A DNA stretch of 64,000 nt from Eledone cirrhosa (Eukaryota), in the NCBI GenBank assembly GCA_964016885.1, contig OZ024740.1, forward strand, positions 202,740,001 through 202,804,000, read 5' to 3'. Under the pieces are notes generated by a model. The model was not told the origin of the DNA. It did not search any database and worked only from the letters and a program-made list of their open reading frames with translations. Below, piece after piece: positions 45,873 to 61,380 of the stretch; the first letter of the stretch is position 1, and the number at the start of each line of letters is the position of its first letter. Position numbers and translations under genes: made by a program.

Positions 45873-46829
45873 AGAGAACAAGAAGCGAATAAACAAGAGG
45901 ATGTATAAACATGAAGTCGTATTAGTTTCACGCTTAACAGAGAATGATTTGCACAGTCAACGTATCTGGCATTTGCCCTTCATCAAGAAAAACACCGTTC
46001 AAGGTAGAATACAAAAGGAAAAAGGCCAAGAAATATTTCTTTAAATAAAATTAGAAAGAAAATAAAAAGGAGAGGAAGGAGAAAAGGAAGTAGTGATGGG
46101 TGGAGGAGTGGTCCGACGTGGGGATATGGGGTGGTGGTTGTGCAAACGTGTAGTTGGTGGTTATGTGTTTGATGGGGTGCACATTATGGTGTGCGTGTGT
46201 GTGTGTGTGAATGTGTGTACACATGCGTCCGCGAGCGCGCACACCCATGAATATGCACACAAACACCCATATGTATATGTTTAAATGAATATGCACACAA
46301 ACACACACATGGATATATGTAAATACACATACACACGTATACCCGTATACGCACTTGAGCATGCGTGTATGTTTGGCAAGGATGTGTAGTTATTCGTGTG
46401 TATTGTGTGGTTGCATACGTGTGTGTGTGTATGTGTATACGGATGGTGTGGGTGGGTTTTCGTATCTAGTATGGCCCGAGATACACGTATTGTGCACTTG
46501 AGGAAGACTCTTTACTTCACGTTGGTGTAATCCACTAAGCTGACGTGAGTCGTACCTGTATTTCAAATGACCAGACTCACTGTGTTACGCTAGATCTCAC
46601 TGAGTATTGCCTTAGATGTACACGTGTCTGTGGAATGTTCAGCCACTTGCACGTTAATTCCACGAGCAATTGTTCCGTTGTTCGATCAATACCCATATTA
46701 ATGCTTAATATAGAAATGGCTTCTACAGTACTAGAACTGTTTCATTTAAAAGAAATCACTGGGAAAGCCTTACTAATGTATTGAGTATCTTACTAACTGT
46801 AACTGTGGTTACCCCCGATTGAACCTGTG

Positions 46830-46896
<67 letters not shown>

Positions 46897-47489
46897 CTAT
46901 GTCCTTCGTTCGTATATTTATCTATTAATAATTTTTTAAGGTTTCCCCTAAAAAAATTGTTTTTCGTTTTGTTTTTTTTGTTTTTTTGTGTTTCCGTTCG
47001 TTATATATATATATACACATACATACATACATACACACACGTGTGCCCTTCGTCGTAAATATTTCTAACAATAGTGCAAGAACTCTACCGATTCTGTCAT
47101 CCAGTGTGTGATGTGGGTGAGTGTACAGACGGGCGAGGAGGTTGATGCTAGTAGCTCCAGGACTTTATTGATGTTTAGATAATCGAACAGCACAGATCAA
47201 CAATGAAGGTGACAATACCACTGGCTTTTCTTATTCTTTACCTTTCCTCTTACATGAGAGAGGCAGGTGTGCAGTTCAGAATCCCGTGCCTTGACGAATC
47301 ATGCAGATATCATACACACACACGCGTGTACAGCTATACATAAGTACAGAAATACAGACACATACGTACAGTAATACATACACACACATACGTACGTACA
47401 GTAATACGCACACACATACGTACAGTAATACGCACGCACATACGAAGAGAAATACACAGATACGTACAAAAATACACACACACACATTA

Positions 47490-47530
<41 letters not shown>

Positions 47531-49647
47531 ATACATATATACAGTCATACAAGGATACACACACATATACTGTCAAACAGATATATACACAAATATTCAT
47601 AGAGATACATACACACATGTACAGACATACATATTGTCATAGAGAGACATACGCACACACACATAAACATATATATATATATATATATATACACACAGTC
47701 GCAAATGTAAACAAATTGAAGAGACCACGTACATTCCAGAAAAACATGATGTGATAGAGTGGTGGTGGGAGAGGGGAAGAGACAGGTGTATACTGGGAGA
47801 TAGAGGGGTGGTGGGTAGAAGAGACAATTGTGGGACAGGTGATAGGCGGGAGAGGGTAGTAGTGGGTGTAGAAATGAAATTTACAGATCACACCTATGAA
47901 GGTTTAGCTGGCCTCTTACGAGATTGCATCTCATAGGAGGTTTCTCGGGTGGTTTAATGAAAACCCCTCCTCCCAACCGCGCTTGTTAGTCCTGTCAAAA
48001 AAAAGAAAACCCAACAGGCTGCCTAACCGAGGAATCGAACCCTCGACCTTATTACCGTGAACCCAACACCCTAAATTCTAAGCCACGCGCCTTCATTGGT
48101 TGCGGGGGAAAGATATATTGTAAGAGATTGAATGTATATAATAAGGAGGTAGTGAGAATAAGATAGGTGTATTGTGTGAGAAAGAGGGGGGGGGCTAGTA
48201 GAAAGAAGGCAGGTGGAGAGAAAGGAAGAGAGATAGGGTGGTATAGCGCGACACAGAAGGCAGAATATAAATAAAGAGGCAGTAAAGGTGCATAGCTGAG
48301 TAGTTAACGCGCTCGGCTCTCGATCGTAGGTCCAATTCTCGGCGGAGTGTTGTGTCTTTGAGCGAGATATTTTATTCCACGTTGCTTCAGTCCACTGGCT
48401 GGAAAAAGTATGTACTTGTAATTCAAAGGGCCAGCTTGTTATACACTGTCTCCGCTGTATTCCCTCTGGGAACTACGTTAAAGATACACCTGTCTGTAGA
48501 TACACCTAGCAGTGGAACGTTCAGTCTCTTAAACGTTAATTTCACGAGCAGACCGTTCGGTTGATCAAGCAACTGGAACACTCGTCATCAGAACCGACGG
48601 AGGTCCACACAATGAGAGAGAGAGAGGAGAGGGATGGTACAATGTGAGAGAAAGGTATAAAGTGGAGCTGAAGTACACGGGGAATGAGAGAGAGCGAGAA
48701 GGTGAAATAAACAGAGAGCGAGAGATATGTAGGTATAAAGTGGCAGCTAGAAAGTGACAATGCGAATAACGTGACGGTAGGGAATTATCGTAACTGTTGA
48801 TCCAGAGTAGAAAAGGGTGTGTTCATTGTATGGGGTAGGGTAAATGACGTGCTCATTGCTTGTGTAAGGGTGGTTATAGGATGTGGTCATCGTTTGTAGG
48901 AGAGAGTACAGGTCGTACTCATTACTTGTATAGGGGTGGTTACATGGTCATTACCTATAAAGGTGTGGGTACAGATACTCAGTGGCGGAATGCTTTGCAC
49001 CATTTAGCTACGTTTTCTATATTCTAACTTCAAAGCCCGTCGAGGTTAGCTTTACCTTTCATCCTTACATAATCGATAAAATAAATCACTAGTAACGCAC
49101 TGGGTCGATTTAATCGACTTTCTCCATCTCTTCAAATTGCTGGCCTTGTGCCAATAGTAGAAACAATTATTATTTTGCTACCGTAAATAATACGCAAGGG
49201 CTCCGATGAAATGCTCAGTCAGAGGCCCCACGCAAGCTTAGTCCGCCTTTGCAGACACTCACCGTTGGATTAAACAGTTTACTGCCTGCCATCTGACTAT
49301 TAGCACTACCTAGATGTGGAATCGATCCCAGCTAGAGTAATTTCACTTTAAAGCTTTACCGTTATCGCTAATGTCATTGAAAATAACATTGAACGTCACA
49401 TTTTGAGGCCGTATGTCATGTGTGCCTGTATGTATGTATGTACGTATCTATGTGTCAAAAAATGTTTGGGTATACATAGATTTAACCGATTGGGAAGGTA
49501 AATAGACAGACGATACCAATAAACACAGACGAACGAGACATAGGGACATGCATGCGTGTGTGCGTGTCCAGTTTAATGGGGGTAACTCCAGTAAGTAAAG
49601 TACTCAATACATTAGTAGAGTATATACAAAATTTAATATAGAAATGG

Positions 49648-49693
49648 CTTCTACAGGACTAGAACCGTTTCATTCAAAGGAAATCATCAGGAA
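49648..49693 (-). ncRNA. hammerhead ribozyme, family C, intact core
   Basis: Reverse complement reads TTC-CTGATGA-TTTC-CTTT-GAAT-GAAA-CGG-TTCTAGTC-CTG-TA-GAAG (GUA triplet); stem I truncated to ~3 bp; tail extends to ~49572. Confidence 0.65.
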
Positions 49694-49820
49694 TGTGTGT
49701 GTGTGTGTGTACGCGCGTCCATGCGTGTGGTGGATGGTGTATTACAAGTGCGGGTACAAACGAAAAGAGCAACGAACACAAATGTGGAAGTGAAGTTGTG
49801 AGTATATAGATATATATTTA

Positions 49821-49848
<28 letters not shown>

Positions 49849-49851
<3 letters not shown>

Positions 49852-49999
49852 TAACAGTTTGACTTTACTCCGCAATACCAGTGGTTGTAAGACGTAAACA
49901 CGTCAATCTCATCAGATGCAGAAGAGGAATATTTAGATAAGATTGGTGTATTTACGTCTTGAAACCTCTTGTAATGTGGAGTCGAGTCAAACTGTTAAT

Positions 50000-50000
<1 letters not shown>
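49849..50000. mobile_element. old head-to-head hammerhead palindrome (family F), both cores damaged
   Basis: ttaacagtttgact.. and ..agtcaaactgttaa termini; the left arm keeps CTGATGA(-) and the right arm keeps GAAA. Confidence 0.6.
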
Positions 50001-50045
<45 letters not shown>

Positions 50046-50101
50046 ACCAGGATTCAATTACATTAAATTATTCAATTGATTTACGAACGTTTATATATAT
50101 A

Positions 50102-50137
<36 letters not shown>

Positions 50138-50542
50138 GGCGCAGGGGTGACTGTGTGGTTAAGGGGTTTCGCTTCGCAAACATGTGATTTACTCCCGCTG
50201 CGCGGCACCTTTTACTATGGCCTTGGGTTGACTAACGCCTTATGAGTAGAATTTGGTAGTCGGAAACTACAGAAGCCCGTCGTGTGTGTGTGTATGTGTG
50301 TATGTGTGTATGTATGTGTGTATGTGTGCGTGTTCGTCTGATTCTGTGTTTATGTCCAGTAACTAAGCGGTTCGATAAAAAGAGCTAGGGTCGACATGAT
50401 CGAGGCGGTGTCCCAGCACGACCGCAGTACCTATATATACTGACAAAAGTGTGTGTGTGTGTGAGAGAGAGGTATGTTGAGACGAAATGTGGTGTAATAA
50501 TATTTGTTGTGTAAACGAGTGAGTACTCCCTTAACAGTGAAG

Positions 50543-50579
<37 letters not shown>

Positions 50580-51269
50580 AAGTGCCATTGTATGCTGAGA
50601 TTGGAGTGATGGAGTGTTGGAATTACTAAGGAAATGTTTTGAAATAGTTCCGAACTATAGCGTAATAGGCGGCGTGTTGACCAAGTCGTTAGGGCGTCGG
50701 ATTAATTATGTCTCGGTATTTGTTCCAGCTCAATGCGCTCTGAATTCAAATCCCGCCGGGGATAACTTTGCCTTTCATCCTTTCGTGGTCGATAAATAAA
50801 GTACTAGTTCAGTACTGGGGATTTCTAGCAGGTTGAACGACCACATAGAAGTGCGCGGTGTTAGGGGAAGGGAGAAAGTATATATAGAAAAACGTAGATA
50901 AACAGAGAGATAGACAAATGGATAAGTAGATAGATAGATAAACAAAGAGATAGACAAATGGATAAGCAGATAGATATGTTTCTTTATTAGCCACAGGGGC
51001 ACAAAAGAAGGGGACAAATACAAAGGGGGAAGTTTACATACAATAAAAACGTGTAAAATGTTATCACAAATGCAAGCAGATAGATAGATAGACGATGAGG
51101 TTTCTCAAAATAAAGTACTCCGAAAAAAGGCAAAAAGTTTAACGGTAAACAAAACCTCCACTTCTGTAATCTCTCTCTCTCTTTCAACGATCTAACAAGG
51201 TGAATGCAACAGAAGTTAAACTATCGACATGACAGGGCAGCCGACGACGGCGACAGGCTGATTGGCGAC

Positions 51270-52459
<1,190 letters not shown>

Positions 52460-52515
52460 TCAGTTTCACTCCTGCTGCTGATATTCAGACAGACGTTGCC
52501 CCTGGTAACCAACTC

Positions 52516-52523
52516 TGACGTAA
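52516..52523. promoter_or_regulatory. CRE/ATF-like site (TGACGTAA) ~90 bp upstream of the SIK3 ATG
   Basis: Motif match only, in the short unique segment upstream of the exon. Confidence 0.3.
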
Positions 52524-52591
52524 ATAAACCGTCCGGATGACAAGCTAGGTTCAAACCGCGAACTTGTCACTCTAAGTTCTTTTTCTTTTAG

Positions 52592-53065
52592 TGTGTGCGT
52601 GTGTCAAAGACAGTGTATGTGCGTGTGTACCTGCTGGTCTGTGTGCGTGTATATGTATATGTGTATGTGTGTGTGTGTGCATGTAAGGGTGTGAATGTAT
52701 GTGTATGTGCGTGTGCATTTATGTGTGCGTGTATATACGCGTGTATGTGTTATGGATGTTCGTCTGTGTGTATGTATACGAATATGTGAATATGTTTGTG
52801 TGTGTTTGTGTATTTGTGTGCATGTTTGTGAGTATGTATGTGTGTATTGCTATGTACGTATGTACGCGTGTATGTGTGTATGTATATATGTGGGTGTGCT
52901 ATATGTTTGTGTAATATGTGCGTGTATGTATGTGTGTATCTGTGTATGTGTGTGCATATTTGTGAGTATGTATGTGCGTGTATATGAGTACATATATGTT
53001 ATGTGTGCACGTGTATGCGAGTGTGAGTATTGTGGGTATATGTGTGCTTGTATATGTATGTATAG
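52592..53065. repeat. degenerate (TG/TA/CG)n alternating purine-pyrimidine tract
   Basis: Direct inspection. Confidence 0.9.
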
Positions 53066-53675
53066 CAGTGACTTCGAAGTTTCTGGCTGTGTTGGGTGTT
53101 TGGAACTTGTTTATTTAGCTAGGGTCGTAGCTGACGGCAAGCGGGGTTGTGTGTGTGTGTGTGTACGGAAATGGTGTTGCTTTGCTTAATGATGAAATTA
53201 TGTAACTGAATAACTGTACAACTGTGTGTGCGGTGGGGGCGGATTTTGGTTTATATCTATTGAAATAAAGTTGAAATGTTGGGTGAAAATAATGGTGATT
53301 TGTGAGAATATTAATTTTGTACTGCGAGGGAAGGGGGAATATTTAAAAATGGTGAAAAATGTTCTGGTGAAATGATTTTAATGGTGTATTTGTTTATTTT
53401 AATATTTGTCAGGCTTAGAAGGTAGCAGTGGAGACTTCTGGTGTCCTTGGCCCTGGGACCACCTCCCTACTCACCACCATCGGCATAGAGTTGGCTACCC
53501 ACACGTGTGAGCCTCACGAGCTGGAATGGTTCTTCCTAGCGTCTCCCTCACCATCCTACGAGGAAACGCCTTCTCTATTTTGTCCGCCCGGGGGAGGGGG
53601 GGGGGGGGGGGTCAGCGCACGGGCTTCCATTTGCTTATAATAGGGAGAGATAGGGAGAGATAGGGAGAGCAAGAC

Positions 53676-54991
53676 AGGGGCGGTGGAACTTGGGATCCAG
53701 GGTGGGGATATTGACCCCCCCCCCTCCACCACCAATAATTATACTTTTCTCCCCAAACTACCAAAGTACACACCTATTTGTATATACGCTACAATTTATG
53801 TATATGTTATGTTTATCACATATCAAAGTTTTTTTGTTGTTTCTTTTTATATTTTGGTCGATATTTGATAATAACAGCTAAACTAATCACTACAACTAAA
53901 TTGACCAAATTAGATAATTCAGAAATGCTTCCACCGCCCCTGCGAGAGAGACGGAGACAGTGATTGTGTAGATATGTATATTCGTTGAACCAATCCCATT
54001 AATATTTTTCTAAGGGAGAATTAAGGTTTATTTTGATGCAGAGAATACGTGACAGTACACGAGGCAGTACTGATGTGTATAGTGGTGTGTGTACACGTGT
54101 TTTACTATTGAAAGACTGTTGAATGTTTTTTTTTTTTTCGGAATTGTATTTATAGGAAATTCAGTGTAGGTGTTTAGATGTAAAAGATTTATATGGCATG
54201 GTGGACAAAAATAGTTAAAGTATGTAGGGTTTATTGTTCCAGGTGGTAGTGTAATGACATTTATAGTATTGTACGTTAACGGGGTTTGTAGATTCCGGAT
54301 GAACTAAACATTCCGAAGGTCATTCATTTTATACGTCCGCAATTGAAGTGGAATATGAGGACATATATACTGTCAGAGGCGGTGGAAGCATTTCTGAATT
54401 GGCGGCGGGGTTTGGGGCTCGTCGTCAAATTTGGTCAATTTAGTTGTAGTTTAGCAATTATTATCAACTATCAACCAAGATATAAAAAAAAATTTGGTAT
54501 GCAATAAACATAACATGTACATAAGCTGTAAAGCATATACAAATAGGTGTGTGTTTTGGTAGTTTGGGGAGAAAAAATATAATTATTGGGGTTGAGGCAT
54601 GGTTCCCCTGCCCTCCCCTCCAGTTCCACCGTCCCTGATGGTTATGGATATATGCAGGCAGATGTCTACACTCCGTCACAATCTGGTGTATGTAAATAAA
54701 TACTCCACAATCTCATACAGTGTTACATGCATGGGAGGTGGAACTGGGGGAGGGGGCACGATGGGGGTGTGGCGGTGACCTCCCCCCCCCATAATTATAT
54801 TTCTCTCCCCAAACTACCAAAACACATCTATTTGTATATGCACTACAATTTATGTACGTTATGTTTATCGCATATCGAATTTTTTTTAAATCTTGGTTGA
54901 TATTTGATAACAGCTAAACTAATTACTACAACTAAATTGACCAAATTTGCTCCTACCTCCCACCCCATTCAGACAGTCTTCCACCACCCCT
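53676..54991. mobile_element. cluster of three related MITEs (53676-53942 +, 54374-54637 -, ~54730-54991 +)
   Basis: TIRs caggggcggtggaa and ttccaccgcccctg; shared internal ccccaaactaccaaa..actacaactaaattgaccaaatt. Confidence 0.75.
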
Positions 54992-56432
54992 AATAAATAC
55001 TTACATATCTAGATACACACTAGTAAACACCTGCTAGCAGACACACACTTTTGGAAATATGAAACAAAAGAAAATGTGACTTCTTTATCCCGCTATATAT
55101 AGTCCATGAAATCTATATAACACTTTACAGCATCACATGGGATATTGTCTCCGCCCATCCACTCAGAGACGTAACTAGGGTAGGGAAAGCATAGCACGTG
55201 CTATGTGATCCACATGAAGGGGGCACCATTTGGACTAGGAGCACGTTCTATTAAAGTCAAGAGAGTGAAAAAAAAGAAACTTTTTCAGATGTATGATCTG
55301 TCTCTGATAATCACAGGTGAGAACACTATGGTGGCTGGATCATCAAACCATTTATATAAATTATTAGGCCCAAAGGTAAAAATACAGTGCTGGGCAGGGG
55401 TGTAATTTCACTGCTCGCCACGGGCGTTATTTTCCCTAGTTATACTTCTGCATCCATCCTTACCATGCAAATAATAAATCCTGTCAACTATGTACAACTC
55501 AATCTCATGAAATTCTATTCACAAAAGTAAAACCTTTCAACCGTAGCTCCGACCAAATTGTTTTTTTGTTTTTTATTCTTCTTACAAAAACAAATTTTTC
55601 CCAACATTGAAATTCTTTAACCTTATATACTGCTACTCTAAAAGCCAACAGCCTTAACAATTCCGAAAGATCACTCAGCAGAATATTTACCTGTATGTAT
55701 ATGTGTATCAGACCTGTCAACCCTCCCCGTCGGACGGGGAGATCTCCCACTCACTTTGGAGTAGGTGAGAGATGTTTTCTCCTGTGAAAATTAGTATAGC
55801 TTTCATTATGTAAAATTTCCCCATTTTGCTTCATTTCTCCCCGTTTTGGGGCACCTTTATCTCATGGTACTTCCCGTTTGGGTTTTTAGAAGTTGGCAGG
55901 TCTGTGACATATTAATTATTTCTGATGTTATACTATTGCTACTTTTAGTAACAATATTACAACTACAGAAATAGCAGGGAGACTGACGGAGGGGCGGAGA
56001 GGTTCGATTGTAGGGGGTGCTACTATAGGACCCGTTTGGGGGTATTTTTTTTCATGGTACTCCCAGTTTGGGTTTTTAGAGGTTGGTAGGTCTGATGTAT
56101 GTATATAACACACGTGTAATTATTGATACCTTGTGAGAACATCAATGATCAATATATATAATTGATTGCTATTGAATTGTGAATAGATGTCGGTGTGCAT
56201 GTGGACCTCCATCTCTGCAACATGTGCCACATGTCAAATTTTGTGCAAGGAATTGGTCATATTCCACCTGTTACCGAGATCACTTGCACAGCCAGCTTTT
56301 GACAGGTATATTCGGTCACATACATTGTATAAAAATTGAGATACAGATTTCTCCACAAGCAGACCTTTCTTAGTTTCACGCTTAATGCCAGCCCATACTG
56401 AAACAGATTCCTGAAAAAGTCTTTAATAGATA

Positions 56433-57664
56433 TCTATATATATAAAACTGAGGATGTGTGTGTGTGTGTGAGTTTGAATCCCTAAAACTCGAGAAGCACC
56501 CAACCGACTGCTTTCAAACTTTACACATGTAATATGAGTGTTCTGAGGGAGTGTTCTGAGCAAAAAAAATTCAAATTTTCAATGCCCTAGGGACCGCATT
56601 AGGCGATTTAGCAATCTCTCTCTATATAATTCTTAGTCTTTCTCTTTTAGATAGATACATACATATAACGTCGCGCCTTATAATATATGTCTGTATGTCT
56701 GTATGTCTGTATGTCTGCATTACGTCACTTCCCACAATTCCCTCTGCGTCCAGAACGCGCCCTTATAATGTCTGTATGTCTGGCTGTCTGCATTACGTCA
56801 CTTCTCAAAATTCCCTCTGCGTGCAGATTTTCCACTTACGGCCCACTGCCTACGGTTATTCTGCCACCCTTGCTCAAGACAAATCTCACACTCATTCCCC
56901 AAACAGTTGGTAAGTGCACACAACTTCTTCCTCACGTTTTAAGCCACAGTGTTGCTTACTTACGTACCACCAGACCCTTACTTCTTTGCCAGCCGTGGTT
57001 GTGGCAATACTAAGCTTAGCTAAGGCGGTTATATATTTCACACAACACTAAAAATGAAAGCCGGTAACTATGTATTAGTCAATCTCTTCTTCATACCGTG
57101 AACAAAGAAAATCCAACTTTTAGTGGAGCGAGTGAAATAAAGTCGATCCTGCTACGATTCAAAAATCAGGTTTGCAGGTTATATATTTCACACAACACTA
57201 AACATTAAAGCCGGTAAAGAAAAACATCGCTATAATAGCTTCATTTTACCGCTTAGTATTGTAGAAAATCTATATAGATTTTTTTGTTTGTTTTGATTTT
57301 ATATTTTTATGCGAATTACTTAAGAAATAAAGTATTGTATATTATTTTTTGTGTGTAAATTTTATACTTTGTAAGAATTATAAATGACTATCAGAAAAAC
57401 CACCAACCCTCTGACACCAGTTGCTCTGCCACCCCTGCTGACATAAAAAAATTCATTTTCTTGATGCTCTAGGGCCCGCATTAGGTGAAAACCTGCATTT
57501 TTCCTGCTTCATCGAGGAAAATCTTAAAGATTATCCAACCATCAGAGTATTCAGTTTATTTTCTTTACATATTGTCGAGGCATCCAGTTTTTCCACGATT
57601 AGGTCTGTTGGCAGCCCGCGTTCCAAAATACCTTATCTCGTGCAACGCCGGGTACCACTGCTAG
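56433..57664 (+). mobile_element. non-autonomous Helitron
   Basis: A|TCTATATATATAAAA 5' end; subterminal hairpin ctcgtgcaacgccggg followed by CTAG|T. Confidence 0.8.
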
Positions 57665-58984
57665 TATATAATTAAAGTCTTTATTAAATATAGTCACTAT
57701 TAGATATAACGGCGCACTACTTGTTTCTCTCTAATGTCATGACCTTCCTGCGAGATGAGTCAATTTTGAACTATGTTAAGGAATCTTTCTAGTGCCGGAT
57801 TTACCATTGTGCTTAGGTGGGCTTAAACACAGAACCCCGTTGGCCAAGGGTTGGGGGCATCTTCCTGAGCACGTATGCCTGACTGCCTGTGTAGGCCTAC
57901 CGGGTCTACCTCCTTCACAGCCCAAGTAAGGGGCCTTATAACTTAACTAGCACAGGGCCTCATTTGTCCTAAATCCAGCACTGCTTGTCTCTATGTAATG
58001 CCATGACCTTCCTGAAAGATGGGTCGATTTTGAACCATGTTAAGGAGTCTTTCACACAATTTTTCAGACGCAGTTTTGGTCTGCGTTGTGGCATTGCACT
58101 GGATATTCGACAAAAAGGACTTTTGGAGGGATTCTGCTGTCGTCAGATCTAACAACCGTGGCCTACCCATCGAAGTTGCTACTTGTGGATGTCAGCTTCA
58201 ATATGCAGACGATACCTGTACTTTGTAATATTTCAGTGGCTGCTATGTAATTACGTACATACATACTCACATTTACAAACATTTACATACATTTATACAT
58301 ACATGCACACATGGTGGCTGCCAACTCGTTTTCGAGTACGGCCACTACTTTATATCCATGTAGGAGAACCCCTACCGATGCGCTGAACGAGTGTGACTTT
58401 TTAGTCCAGCCAGCGACTTGAAAACTCTGGTACAAACACTACACTTGTGACAATTATTGACACATAGTGCTGGGCCCATGGTACCATGTGATGACAAGTG
58501 CAGAGAGATCTCCAGATATAAAGCAGTGCCTGTGCCGTGAAGCTTTTATAGTGAGCAAAGGCACTGCACAAAGCCAGTCCCACTCTCTTAACCAAGATGA
58601 TATTTACCAAAAAGAAGAACAAGTCAACATCATTGGATACCATCAGGGTTGCAGTTGTTATATCAGAGTTTTCCTTCTCCTAGAATTCTGCCTTGACAAA
58701 GGCTAAGGGGTCATCTCTTCCGGTGATTTTGGATGGCCATTGACTCTTCAGAGCTCCTTTGCTCTTTGACAGGTTTTGTTTTTAATCCTGCAGGATGTCC
58801 AAAGTCACCCTCCTCACCAAGAAACCTTGGTGGGGTTGCCAGTTTAGTCGCCAACGACCCGACCATGGGACAGGTTGTACAGGGATACATGTTACATACA
58901 CATATACATGCATTTATACATACATACATACCTACATACATACATACGCACATACATGCATTTATACATACATACATACATACA

Positions 58985-59016
<32 letters not shown>

Positions 59017-59236
59017 CTAACCCGCTTGGACCAAAGTATGACTGAACTTGGATTTGCGGACAAAAAGCGCCGCTACCTAATTCATAGTCTACAAATGGCT
59101 GCGATAGCTGGCACCTTCAAAATTTGCAAAACATTCTTGCGATTCAAGGGATGACAATTTCTTTTCTTTTGCAACCTTGCTACCAGGAAGGTGGCCGGTC
59201 AAAAAAATATACTCGAAATTAAGAGAAAGAGATAAC
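59017..59236 (+). mobile_element. non-LTR element 3' end (probably R4-like) inside (CATA)n
   Basis: ..LGF..LIHSLQMAAIAGTFKICKTFLRF* followed by a short UTR; (CATA)n on both sides. Confidence 0.55.
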
Positions 59237-59489
59237 ATACATACATACATACATACATACATACATACATACCTACCTACCTACCTACCTACCTACCTAC
59301 ATACCTACATTATAAGTAACCATATTATAAGTAACCACCACAATAGTAGGTTGTCGCTTCGGTGGACCATGACGTGATCCAACTTCCAAGTGAAAGCAGA
59401 TTCTATCAAATTCTCCCTGGTGGAACAGTAGAACATTTCTTAATTTCTTACCATCTTATTGATTTGTGTCTCTGTGGAGACACACGGAC

Positions 59490-59543
59490 ACAACAGTAAC
59501 AACAACAATAGCAACAACAGCAACAGCAGCACCATCAACAACT

Positions 59544-59575
<32 letters not shown>

Positions 59576-59785
59576 GCAGCAGCAGCGGCAACAGCAACAA
59601 CAGCAACAACAATAGCAACAAGAACCGGAACAACAATAACAGCAACAACAACAACAACTAAAACGGCAACAACAACAGCAACAACAATAACAATGTCAAC
59701 AACAGCAACAACAATAATGTCAATAACAACAATAACAACAACAACAACAACAACAGCAACAACAATAACAATGTCAACATCAATA
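59490..59785. repeat. (CAA)/(CAG)-rich trinucleotide tract
   Basis: Direct inspection. Confidence 0.9.
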
Positions 59786-60147
59786 AAGATTTTTAATTTT
59801 AAACACAGTTTTTGAGGGTGAAGGAGGGAAAATTGATCATATCGATAGCAGTACTTGACGGATATTTTATTTTATCAATCCCGGAAACACTTCAGGTTTG
59901 CGGTGTCCCCTCATACACAAAATACTAAAATACACAGCAAACCCCCCAATTTTACATATCAAAGTTAGTTTGGCACAAGTAATTGGAATTGATAAGTTAT
60001 ACATACAGGTATTAAATTGAAAAATTCTGACCATCCTAAAACTAAAAAGCCCAGCTGAGGGCACAAATAAATTGCTACATCCATCGTTGGTGGGGCCCTC
60101 CACTGCAGGGGACCCGGGGCAATTGCTCTCTTTTCCCCAATTAAATC

Positions 60148-60312
60148 TGGCCGTACCCAAAATGAACTGGCGCCAGACAGTTGAGAGGGACCTGCGAGCG
60201 ACAAACAGACAATGGCGGGACGCTGTGCAACTGGCTGCTGACCGAAGGCGATGGAACACTGTGATTGCCTCATGCGTCGCAAGACACGGGAGCTTCTGAG
60301 TCTGAGTCTGAG
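60148..60312 (+). mobile_element. RTE LINE extreme 3' end with (CTGAGT)n tail
   Basis: PKMNWRQTVERDL..QLAADRRRW followed by ctgagtctgagtctgagt. Confidence 0.75.
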
Positions 60313-60941
60313 TACCCAGAAGCATTAAAGGCAAGGTGGGCCTCGACAGCATTTGAACTCTGAAAGTAAAAGAGACGGAACAAACACTGCAAAGCAATTT
60401 GTCTGACGCTTTAACGACTCTACCAATCTACCGCTCTTAAAAACAACAACAACAATATCAACAATAACAATATCACTAAATATATATCAATCAAATATAT
60501 ATCAATCAATCAATAACAGTAACAACAACTAAAATAACAATAAGAATGACAACACTGACAATAACCGTAGCAATAAAAATATTAAATAACTTTTTGTTTT
60601 TATTGTCTAACAAAATAAATAGCGAATTCGATATATAACTGTTTCGACTTTTGGCACAAGGCCAGCAATTATCCCAGTGTATTACTGCTACTTTATTTTA
60701 TCGACCCCGTAAGGATGAAAGGCAAAGTTAACCTCGGTGGGATTTGAACTCAGACAGTAAAGGGCCGTAACCCTATGCTGCAAAGCATAAGGCGTCCGAC
60801 CCTCTACCGATACTGCCAATCCAATACATAATGAAGTAAATGATAGAACATATAAGGAATTAATAACGAAAAATAAAAATTTATAAAAACCAAATTAAAT
60901 TACGAAATAAAAAGTGAATAAAGAAATAAATAACGAGATAA

Positions 60942-60972
<31 letters not shown>

Positions 60973-61380
60973 CTTCTTCTTCTTCTTCTTCTTCTTCTTC
61001 TTCTTCTTCTTCTTCTTCTTCTCTCACTCCTACCAGCGGGTCATGTCAGAAGCAACCATCTCCAACTGATCCAGCTGGATCCCCAAGCGTAACCAGCCAA
61101 GCTCATGGATGTTATCCAACCATCTTGCTTGGGATCTACCCCTGGGTCTCCTACCTGTTAGTTTTGCCCGTAACATCTGTCCAGTGGTTCTTTCCTGAGA
61201 CATTCTAACCACATGCCCATCGTATCGGAGCTGTGATCTCCCAATTTGGAGTAGTAGTGGCTCTACCTGGACTGATTCTCTTATCTCCGAGCTGCGCACT
61301 CTATCGAGTAACATTACTCCAAAGACCTCTCGGAGGAACCCCATATCAGCCGCTTGTGTTCAGGATCGTATTCTTTCTGT
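60942..61380 (-). mobile_element. RTE LINE 3' end with (GAA)n tail
   Basis: MGFLR..LLDRVRSSEIRES..QLRYDGHVVRM..GRRPRGRSQARWLD; (CTT)n at 60942-61021. Confidence 0.85.

Noticed and set aside
45925-45945. ttaagcgtgaaacta (minus strand) as another hammerhead fragment
   Set aside because: No CUGANGA core or supporting stems could be found.
59459-59815. Thr/Ala/Gln-rich ORF
   Set aside because: A trinucleotide low-complexity tract with no splice or domain support.
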